Positions 56,730-64,000 of a stretch of DNA of 64,000 nucleotides are shown here, in pieces. The position numbers and the translations under genes were made by a program. Origin of the DNA: Thermoanaerobaculia bacterium (GTDB lineage: Bacteria > Acidobacteriota > Thermoanaerobaculia > Multivoradales > Multivoraceae). A model generated the notes under the pieces. That model was not told the origin of the DNA. It saw nothing but the letters and a program-made list of their open reading frames with translations, and searched no databases. The stretch is from positions 1,760,001-1,824,000 of the forward strand of contig OY762911.1 of the NCBI GenBank assembly GCA_963666565.1, read 5' to 3'. Each line of letters begins with the position of its first letter. Positions within the stretch are counted from its first letter, which is position 1.

Positions 56730-58277
56730 ATGACCATCCGTTCCACGGTACTGCGCGCCTCTTCGGCTTCGGCGCTTCTTGTCGCCGCCTGTTCGCTCGC
56801 TCCGGCGCCCGAGTTGCCGGAACCGGCGGCGGACATGCCGGAGCGGTTCACGGCCCCCGCGACGTCCGGGGACTACGAGGCGCTCGATTGGTGGAAGGCG
56901 TTCGGCGATCCGACGCTCGACAGGATCGTCGAGGCCGTCTCCTCCTCGAACCTGGACATGGCCGCGGCCGTTGGCCGCATCCGGCAGGCGCGCGAGCGGG
57001 CTCGCATCGCCAGGGCGGCGACGCTCCCCGTGGTCCAGGGAGGCGCCGGCCTCGCCAGCATCGACACGCCCATCAACGCCGGCTTCGGCGCCCAGATCCA
57101 GGAGCTGGGGCTCGAACAGCTCTTCCCCGAGTTCGCGCTGCCGGATCGCCTGGCGCTCACGACCTGGTCCGTGAACGCCGAGTTCGCCTACGAGCTGGAC
57201 TTCTGGGGACGGGCCGAGAGCGACGCGCTGGCGGCGGGGTCCGAGTTCCTGGCGTCGGCGTCGGACTACCACGCGGCGCGCATCGGCGTGCTGGCCGAGA
57301 CGATCGGGACCTACTTCGAGATCGTCGACTTCCACCGCCAGATCGAGTTGACCACGGAGATGGTCGACGTGCTCCTGGAGCGCGAGCAGGTGGCCGCGGC
57401 CCGCTACGACCGCGGACTCGCGGACTCGCTCGACCTCCACCGCGTTCGGCAGGACCTGCGGAACACGCAGGCGGGCCTTACCGTGCTGGCGAACGGTCTC
57501 GCCGGCGGCGAGTCGAGGATGGCCGTTCTGCTGGGCGGCTACCGCGAGGACGTCGAGGCGCTCCTGGGCACGATCGCGGCCCCCGAAGCCCCGGCCGACC
57601 CGGTCCCGGCGGGGATCCCGGCCGATCTCCTGGCCCAGCGGCCCGACGTGATGGCCGCGAGGCACCGGATGGAGGCGGCCCGTCACGCCGTCTCCGCCCG
57701 CCGGGCGGAACTTCTGCCCACGCTCTCCCTCTCGGGCTCGATCGGCCTCCAAGCCTGCAAGAGCTGTCCGCCCGGGGTGCGGGGTTCCGAGATCGACGAG
57801 CTGTTCAGGGTGGATCAGTGGTTCGCGAACCTGGCGGCGAACCTGCTCGCCCCGGTCTTCAACGGCGGGCGGCTGCGCAGCAACGTCTCGCTGGCCGAGG
57901 CGCGCTTCAGCGAGGCGGCAGCGATCTACGGACAGACCGTGGTGACCGCGGTCAACGAGGTCGAGACATCTCTCGCGGTGATGGAGAACGAGCGGCAGAG
58001 GCAGGACCTGCTCCGTTCCCGGCTCGAAGAAGCGCGGGCCACGGTCGACGTGCGCTCGCAGCGATACGAAGCGGGAATCGGCGGCTATCCCGACTACCTC
58101 GACGCGCTGCGGACCGAACTGGCCGTCGAGTCCGCGCTGACGAGCGCCGGGCGCGACCTCGCCCTGGCGCGGCTCGCCATCCACCGGGCCCTGGGCGGCG
58201 CCTGGACCGGCGCGGCGCCGCCGGGCGGCGAGGCGGCCGCCGCCAGCTCGAACCGGACCGAAGAACCGGCCAGTTAG
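56730..58277 (+). CDS. NodT/TolC-family efflux outer-membrane lipoprotein
   Basis: Lipobox VAAC-SLAP, WWKAFGDPTL, YELDFWGR, DLLAQRPDV, ALGGAW. Confidence 0.92.
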   Translation: MTIRSTVLRASSASALLVAACSLAPAPELPEPAADMPERFTAPATSGDYEALDWWKAFGDPTLDRIVEAVSSSNLDMAAAVGRIRQARERARIARAATLPVVQGGAGLASIDTPINAGFGAQIQELGLEQLFPEFALPDRLALTTWSVNAEFAYELDFWGRAESDALAAGSEFLASASDYHAARIGVLAETIGTYFEIVDFHRQIELTTEMVDVLLEREQVAAARYDRGLADSLDLHRVRQDLRNTQAGLTVLANGLAGGESRMAVLLGGYREDVEALLGTIAAPEAPADPVPAGIPADLLAQRPDVMAARHRMEAARHAVSARRAELLPTLSLSGSIGLQACKSCPPGVRGSEIDELFRVDQWFANLAANLLAPVFNGGRLRSNVSLAEARFSEAAAIYGQTVVTAVNEVETSLAVMENERQRQDLLRSRLEEARATVDVRSQRYEAGIGGYPDYLDALRTELAVESALTSAGRDLALARLAIHRALGGAWTGAAPPGGEAAAASSNRTEEPAS

Positions 58278-58328
58278 GAGTGTTCGCAGCCGCAAGGCTG
58301 CGGTGTCGCGCAGGGAACGAGGCCGCAC

Positions 58329-58357
58329 ACTGGGGACGCGGGCGCACCCGGTCTGTG
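58329..58357. repeat. Degenerate REP-like copy between convergent genes
   Basis: ACTGGGGACGCGGGCGCACCCGGTCTGTG, 2 mismatches to 1810-1838. Confidence 0.6.
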
Positions 58358-58382
58358 CCGCGCAACTCCCAGGCCCGGTCGC

Positions 58383-59000
58383 TCAGCCCGGGACTTCCGC
58401 CGCCTGCGCCTTCTGGAACGCCGGCCTGGCCATGCAGCGGTCGCCGTAGGCCTCGAGCGCCGGCGACTCGGGAAGCATCCCGAACATGCGCAGGAAGACG
58501 GCGCTGCTGCCGAGCATCACGTCGGCAGCGCTGAACTCGTCGCCCAGGATCCAGGGGCCATCGCCGAGTCCCGCCTCCCAGACCTCGATCGTCTTGGCGA
58601 AACTGCCCCAGCCGAGCCGCCCGGAGTTGAACGCTTCGGCCTGGTGCTCCTCGGGCACGACGGTCCGGAGGCCCGACTCGAACATCGCCGGCTCGATCAT
58701 CGCCGCCGAGTAGATCAGCCAGTGGACGAAGCGGGCGCGCCGCGGATCGTCCAGCGCCGGCGCGAGCCGGCCGGAGGCGTAACGGTCGGCGACGTAGAGG
58801 CAGATGGCCGCCGAGTCCCACATCTTCACGTCGCCGTCCTCGAGCGCCGGTACCTTGCCCATCGGGCTCGCGGCCAGATGTTCCGGCGTCCGCTCGGGCT
58901 TCGTGATGTCGACATGGACGAGCTCGTAGTCGACGCCCGCCTCCTCGAGCATCCAGACGGCGCGGCTGGACCGCGTCTGCGGGCACCAGTAGAGCTTCAT
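58383..59000 (-). CDS. Glutathione S-transferase
   Basis: YWCPQTRS, SPMGKVPAL, DSAAICLY, FSAADVM. Confidence 0.9.
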   Translation of the reverse strand: MKLYWCPQTRSSRAVWMLEEAGVDYELVHVDITKPERTPEHLAASPMGKVPALEDGDVKMWDSAAICLYVADRYASGRLAPALDDPRRARFVHWLIYSAAMIEPAMFESGLRTVVPEEHQAEAFNSGRLGWGSFAKTIEVWEAGLGDGPWILGDEFSAADVMLGSSAVFLRMFGMLPESPALEAYGDRCMARPAFQKAQAAEVPG

Positions 59001-59623
59001 TCGTAGGCCTCCGAGTCCAGGTGTTCGGTGCCGGCCGGCGCCCGGCCGATCTCCCTCATGTTCGTGAAGAACCCGCGCACGTCGAGTTCGATGACGACCG
59101 GCGAGTCGCTCTCGTTGAGCCAGAACCAGCCGTGGTTGCCCGAGTAGCCCGCGGTCAGGCCGCCGCGGCCGCCCGCGACGTCGAACTCCTCGGCGTAGCG
59201 GACCGGCTCGTCGTCCAGGTCGTTGAACGGGTCGGCATGGAAGTCCGAGTAGAGCGTTCCGCCGTCAGTTTGCCAAGAGTAGACGATGGTCATCCCCTCG
59301 ATCATCTGCAGCTTGTACTCCATCTGTTCGTTGGCCCCGATCTCGATCGTGACCGTCTCGGCCCGCAGCTCGCGGGCGCCGGCCATCGGCGCCGAGAGCC
59401 CCTCTTCCGCCTCGTCCATCGGCTCGGTGCCGGCCGCCTCGTGGAGCCGGTCCAGGCCGAGCAGGCCGCCGATGCGGGTCGGATCGATGCCGTACTCGGC
59501 CGGCAGGACGACGACGACGAACACGGCCGCCGCCGCGCCGAGCGTGATCGCCACGGTCTTGAGCAGCTTGCGAAGCGGCGGCGTTCCGAGATCGCCGCCC
59601 GGAGCGGGAGTGGAGTCCGTCAT
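58997..59623 (-). CDS. Membrane-anchored hypothetical protein, partner of HupE/UreJ
   Basis: TM segment then LPAEYGIDPT, EYKL, YSW, DFHAD, GNHGWFW; ATGA overlaps on both sides. Confidence 0.75.
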   Translation of the reverse strand: MTDSTPAPGGDLGTPPLRKLLKTVAITLGAAAAVFVVVVLPAEYGIDPTRIGGLLGLDRLHEAAGTEPMDEAEEGLSAPMAGARELRAETVTIEIGANEQMEYKLQMIEGMTIVYSWQTDGGTLYSDFHADPFNDLDDEPVRYAEEFDVAGGRGGLTAGYSGNHGWFWLNESDSPVVIELDVRGFFTNMREIGRAPAGTEHLDSEAYE

Positions 59624-60312
59624 GACAGTAAGTGACCCGTCAACTGGTAGGCGACCAGCAGGAAACCGACCGTCATCAGCACGGCGTTGGCCGCGAAACC
59701 GTGAGACTGGAAGCGGCCGCTGGCCCGCCAGAGGTTGAAGCTCAGCAGGATGATCGCGAGCGCGGCGAACTGGCCGAGTTCGACGCCCACGTTGAACGAC
59801 ACGATGTTGCCCACCAGGCCGATGCCCGAGATCTCCACCGGCTGCAGCTTGGTCGCCAGGCCGAAGCCGTGGAACAGGCCGAACACGAGCACGGCCGCCC
59901 GCGTGTCGATCCTGACCCCCAGAGCACGGAACCCCCCGAGGTTCTCGAACGCCTTGTAGGCCACCGACAGCCCGACGATCGCGTCGATGAGGTAGGGGTT
60001 GGCGTGGATGCCGCCGAGCACGCCGACCAGGAGGGTGACGCTGTGGCCGACGGCGAACAGGGTCACGTAGAGCGCAACGTCGCGGAACCGGTAGAGAAAG
60101 AAGATGACCCCGGCCAGGAACGCCAGGTGGTCGTACCCGGTCACCATGTGCTTGGCGCCCAGGTACATGTAGGGCCCGACGGCGAGCCCCTCGTTGTTCG
60201 TCAGGAAGAGTTCGTCCTGGTCGGCGACGCCGTGCGCCCACAGGCTGGAGGCGGCAAGCAGCGCCGCCAGCCCCAGCAGCGCGGCGCGTATCGGAAGTCC
60301 GTAGCGCTCCAT
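59620..60312 (-). CDS. HupE/UreJ-family membrane protein (putative metal transporter)
   Basis: AHG after the signal peptide; GAKHMVTGYDHL, GHSVTL, FGLFHGFG, FNVGVELGQ. Confidence 0.9.
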   Translation of the reverse strand: MERYGLPIRAALLGLAALLAASSLWAHGVADQDELFLTNNEGLAVGPYMYLGAKHMVTGYDHLAFLAGVIFFLYRFRDVALYVTLFAVGHSVTLLVGVLGGIHANPYLIDAIVGLSVAYKAFENLGGFRALGVRIDTRAAVLVFGLFHGFGLATKLQPVEISGIGLVGNIVSFNVGVELGQFAALAIILLSFNLWRASGRFQSHGFAANAVLMTVGFLLVAYQLTGHLLS

Positions 60313-60379
60313 GGCGCCGAGGATGGTAGCAGCGCGGAGAGCCAGCGGCCCGACTCGGCGTATCTCTGAGGCCGGGTCG

Positions 60380-61582
60380 CTACCACTTGTGCGACTCGTC
60401 GTCGTAGAGGGAGTCGGGCAGCTTGTAGGACAGCGCGGGTTGGCCCAGGTTCGACACGTTGAGCATCGTGCTGAAGCGGCCCAGCGCCCTGTGGGAGCGC
60501 CAGCCCGGCAGGAACCTGGACCCGAACCTGATCAGGCGGTTTCTGAAGCGAACGAACGGAATCTGGCGCAGCCGGTTGGCGGGCGGGTAGCGGAACTCGT
60601 CGGCCAGCTTGTCGCCGATGAGTTCCCGGGACACCTGATAGAGGAACTGCGCGTAGTCGTGCCGTCTCTGGGGCGTGACGAATCCGAGCAGAATCGGCGC
60701 GCTGTTGACGATGCTGTTCGCCATGATGATCGCGTCGTCGTCGCGGGGGGGCTCGCACATCAGGGCGATCTCGAAGGTCCTGAGCGCCGAGCTGTAGTCC
60801 GTGAACATGATCGACTGCGGGATCCCCATGACCATCCCGGTGTACCTCCAGACGTGAACGTAGCCTTCCCGCTCCTCGTCCGTGAAATCTCCGCCGAGTG
60901 CGGCGACATGCTGCATCAGCCGGGCGGAGAAGGCGGCGGCGCCGAGCAGCATGTGCGCCGTGCTGAGGGGCAGGCCGTGGACGTCCTCGTCCCACTCCTT
61001 CGAACCCCGGACGAGCATTCTCGCCTGGGCATGGACGAGGCGAATGCGCAGGCTGAGGCGCCAGCCGTCGGCGCCCGGTTCGAGTCCTCCGGGCATGAAC
61101 TGCTCGACGAGCTGCAGGAGGTTCTGTTTGAGCCGGCGAACGCCGTTCTCGGTGATGCGGCCGCGAATGCGGAACGACTTGCTGATCAGCGTGGAGAAGC
61201 CCTCGATGATCGCCCCGCCCACCAGGGCGGCCAGGACCATGTCCGAGTTGCGGAGAAAGCCGGAGGTTCCCTTGAGCGCCAGAGCCGGATCGAACCAGTC
61301 CGGTGCCCGGCCCGCTTCGGCGATCAGGTTCTTCAGGGATTCGGGCGTGTCGTGGGGCAGGTCCCCGTGGTGTTCGAGGCAACTGGCGATGATCCCGTGG
61401 ACCCGCGCTGGAGTGGAGGTTTCGGCCAGTTCGGCGACCACCGCGTCGGCGGCGGGGTCGCCGAGCGTCGTGTAGCGGACGTAGGCGTCCGCCAGTTCCG
61501 GGTCGACCCGCCGGGCGGCTTCGTAGCCCGGCGCGTAGCAGGCGGGAATCGGCCACGACGCGGCCCGCGGATCCTGGGTCAT
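60380..61582 (-). CDS. MpaB/Lcp-like (DUF2236) heme-binding oxygenase family protein
   Basis: GDPAADAVV, PDWFD, IRLVHAQAR, PLS, HVWRY.G.VMG. Confidence 0.8.
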   Translation of the reverse strand: MTQDPRAASWPIPACYAPGYEAARRVDPELADAYVRYTTLGDPAADAVVAELAETSTPARVHGIIASCLEHHGDLPHDTPESLKNLIAEAGRAPDWFDPALALKGTSGFLRNSDMVLAALVGGAIIEGFSTLISKSFRIRGRITENGVRRLKQNLLQLVEQFMPGGLEPGADGWRLSLRIRLVHAQARMLVRGSKEWDEDVHGLPLSTAHMLLGAAAFSARLMQHVAALGGDFTDEEREGYVHVWRYTGMVMGIPQSIMFTDYSSALRTFEIALMCEPPRDDDAIIMANSIVNSAPILLGFVTPQRRHDYAQFLYQVSRELIGDKLADEFRYPPANRLRQIPFVRFRNRLIRFGSRFLPGWRSHRALGRFSTMLNVSNLGQPALSYKLPDSLYDDESHKW

Positions 61583-61598
61583 GGCGCCGACCTCGCCG

Positions 61599-62819
61599 CT
61601 ACCAGTTGTGCGAGTCTTCGTCGTAGACGGTGTCCGGCAGGGCGAAGGACAGCCGGGACTCGCCCAGGTCCGAGACGTCGAGCATGTCGCTGAACTTGGC
61701 GAACGCCGCGCGGGAGCGCCAACCCGGCACGATCCTGGACCCGACTCTGTTCGCGAAGTTGCGCACGCGAATCAGCGGCACCTCGCCCAGCAGCTTGCCG
61801 GGCGGATAGCGGAAGTCCTCCGCCAGCTTGTTGCCGATCAGCTCCCGGGACACCTGGTACATGAACTGCGCCTTGTCGCGCCGTCCCGGGTCCTCCGCGA
61901 ACCCGAGCAGGATCGGCGCGCTGTTGACGATGCTGTTCGCCATGATGATCGCGTCGTCGTCGCGGGGGGGCTCGCACGCGAGACCGATCTCGAAGGTCCT
62001 GATCGCCGAGGCGAAGTCGGTGAACAGGATCGACTCCGGCACCCCCATGATCTTCGCGGTGTATCTCCAGACGTGGACGTAGCCCTCCCGCTCCTCGTCG
62101 GTGAAATTGCCGCCGAGCCTCGCGACGTGCTGCATCAGCCGGCCGGAGAATGTGGCGGCGCCGAGCAGCATGTGGGCCGTGCTGAGGGGCAGGCCGTACG
62201 TGTCCTCGTCCCATTCGTCCGATCCCTTGACGAGCATCCGGGCCTGGGCATGGACGAGTCGGATGCGGAGGCTCAGGCGCCAGCCGTCGCCGCCGGGCTC
62301 GAGTCCTCCGGGCATGAACTGCTCGACGAGCTGGAGGAGGTTCTGCTTGAGCCGGCGCACTCCGTTCTCGGTGATGCGGCTTCGGATGCGGAAGGACTTG
62401 CTGATCAGCGTGGAGAAGCCCTCGATGATCGCTCCGCCCACCAAACCCCCCAGGACCATGTCCGAGTTGCGGAGAAAGCCCTTCGTGCCCTCGAGCGCGA
62501 GGTCCGGCTCGAACCACTCCGGCGTCCGGCCCGCTTCGGCGATCAGGTTCCTCAGCGACTCCGGCGTGTCGGCGGGCAGGTCGTGGTGGTTGTTGACCGA
62601 CTTCGCGATGATGCCGTGTACCTGCGGGGGCGTCGCGGTTTCGGCCAGTTCGGCGACGACGGCGTCGGCGACGGGGTCGCCGACCGTGGTGTGGCGGATG
62701 TAGATGTCCGCCAGTGCGGGATCCAGCTCTCGAGCCGCCTGGTAGCCCTCGACGTAGCAGGACGGGATGTCCGCGGTCGGCACGGTCTCGGGGGCGCGGA
62801 TGAGGGAGGGGGCGCTCAT
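61599..62819 (-). CDS. MpaB/Lcp-like (DUF2236) oxygenase family protein, paralog
   Basis: Same motifs; long identical stretches with 60380-61582. Confidence 0.8.
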   Translation of the reverse strand: MSAPSLIRAPETVPTADIPSCYVEGYQAARELDPALADIYIRHTTVGDPVADAVVAELAETATPPQVHGIIAKSVNNHHDLPADTPESLRNLIAEAGRTPEWFEPDLALEGTKGFLRNSDMVLGGLVGGAIIEGFSTLISKSFRIRSRITENGVRRLKQNLLQLVEQFMPGGLEPGGDGWRLSLRIRLVHAQARMLVKGSDEWDEDTYGLPLSTAHMLLGAATFSGRLMQHVARLGGNFTDEEREGYVHVWRYTAKIMGVPESILFTDFASAIRTFEIGLACEPPRDDDAIIMANSIVNSAPILLGFAEDPGRRDKAQFMYQVSRELIGNKLAEDFRYPPGKLLGEVPLIRVRNFANRVGSRIVPGWRSRAAFAKFSDMLDVSDLGESRLSFALPDTVYDEDSHNW

Positions 62820-62840
62820 GTCAGCCGGCTGGCCGAGAAC

Positions 62841-64000
62841 TCAGGACCCTGCGTCGGTCTCGGTCCGCACCGCCATGCCTTCCGTCGCGAAGGCGATGCC
62901 GCCGACGACGACCGCTTGGCCGGCGTCGAGGCCGCCGATCACGAACACCGTTCCGTCCGACCGCTGCAGGACGCGTACGGGCACGATTGTAACCCTGCCG
63001 TCGCGGACTGCCCAGACTTCGTTGCCGGGTCGAAGCGCCGGCCGCCGCAGCTTGAAGTAGCGCTCGGGCGCCACGCCCGCCAGTTCCACGTCGACGAACT
63101 TGCCGACGAGCAGCGGCGGCCCGCCGGTCGCTTCCGCCTCCTCGCCGTCGGCCCGCGACCCGGCGCCGGCGGCGAAGGGGCTCGGCACGCGCACGATGAC
63201 GTCGATCGTCCGGGTCTGCTCGTCGAGCGAGGCCTCGGCCCGGTCGACGTAGCCGTCCCAGGCGTACTCGTCGTCTCCATAGTCGGCGACCACGCGGGCG
63301 GCGATCCGGCGGTCCGGATCTCCGGCCGCCAGTTCCCAGAGGCCGGGGAGCAGCGCCGCCTCCTGGTCGGAGAGCGGAACGACGACCTCGACCGCGTCGG
63401 AGGCGTACAGCCGGGCGACCTCCTGGCCGGTGGCGACGAACTGCCCCACGTCGACCGATTCGCTCCGCACGACGCCGGTGAAGGGCGCCCGAATCTCGGT
63501 CCGGGCGACGTCGAGTTCGGCCTGTTCGAGGATCGCCCGGTCGCGCGCCAGCGCCGCCTCCGCGGCCTCGGTCTGGGGCTGCCAGAGCGCCAGCGGGTTC
63601 GCGGCCTCGCCGCCGCCGTCGCCTCCGCCGGCCTGGCGCTGCCTGTACTGCTCGTACTGTGCCCGCGCCACCTCGGCCTCTTCAGTCACCTTGAGCAGTT
63701 CCAGGCGCTGGAGAGCCACCTGCGCGCGGGCCTGTTCCACCCGGCTGCGATAGTCGGCGTCCTCGAGGCGGAAGAGCGGCTGGCCTTCGCTCACCCGGCC
63801 GCCGCTCTGGAAGCCGGGATCGACCCATGCGACCCTGCCGCTCACCTGGGCGGCGACGCCGATCTCGGCGGTGGGGCGGACGGTGCCGGCGCCGTGGACG
63901 GCGATGGACCCCTCGCCGGCTTCCACGGCGGCCGTCGCGGCGAAGGGAACGGGGGAGGGCGCGGGCCTGCGTTCGGGCTCGGGTCTGCTGGAGACCATGA
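62841..64000 (-). CDS. RND efflux periplasmic adaptor (5' end outside the window)
   Basis: AAQVSGRV, coiled hairpin, RTEIRAPFTG..VDVGQFV, LDEQTRT. Confidence 0.9.
   Translation of the reverse strand, partial: MVSSRPEPERRPAPSPVPFAATAAVEAGEGSIAVHGAGTVRPTAEIGVAAQVSGRVAWVDPGFQSGGRVSEGQPLFRLEDADYRSRVEQARAQVALQRLELLKVTEEAEVARAQYEQYRQRQAGGGDGGGEAANPLALWQPQTEAAEAALARDRAILEQAELDVARTEIRAPFTGVVRSESVDVGQFVATGQEVARLYASDAVEVVVPLSDQEAALLPGLWELAAGDPDRRIAARVVADYGDDEYAWDGYVDRAEASLDEQTRTIDVIVRVPSPFAAGAGSRADGEEAEATGGPPLLVGKFVDVELAGVAPERYFKLRRPALRPGNEVWAVRDGRVTIVPVRVLQRSDGTVFVIGGLDAGQAVVVGGIAFATEGMAVRTETDAGS

Overview
Gene-dense, very GC-rich (roughly 70% by eye) chromosomal window from a diderm bacterium, as shown by a TonB-dependent receptor, a TolC-family lipoprotein and a beta-barrel protein. 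An Acidobacteriota-like origin is only an impression. About 57 coding regions are supportable. They include housekeeping and metabolic genes (pheA, lhgO, pruA, rocD, Fpg/Nei, tatD, apaH, DEAD-box helicase, MscS, peptidases), two toxin-antitoxin pairs (vapBC, higBA) and a lower-GC single-polypeptide restriction-modification gene with a coupled small partner ORF. A 10-gene translationally coupled menaquinone operon (GbsR-like regulator, polyprenyl synthase, menG-F-D-H-B-A-E) has no menC and ends in a PGM1-like ATP-grasp gene. The 3' end holds a metal/detox/efflux region: a TBDR with an Asp/His loop, three GSTs, TolC, HupE/UreJ, two MpaB/Lcp-like oxygenases and an RND adaptor. No rRNA, tRNA, CRISPR array, transposase or integrase was seen. 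The most striking sequence-level signals are (1) a REP-like palindromic repeat family found both between genes and in frame inside three enzyme genes, (2) a 35-bp tandem repeat that builds a chain of ATGA-coupled 12-aa mini-ORFs between two PH-domain genes, and (3) the ATP-grasp gene in the menC-less men operon. All product calls come from recognising motifs by eye; no database search was run.
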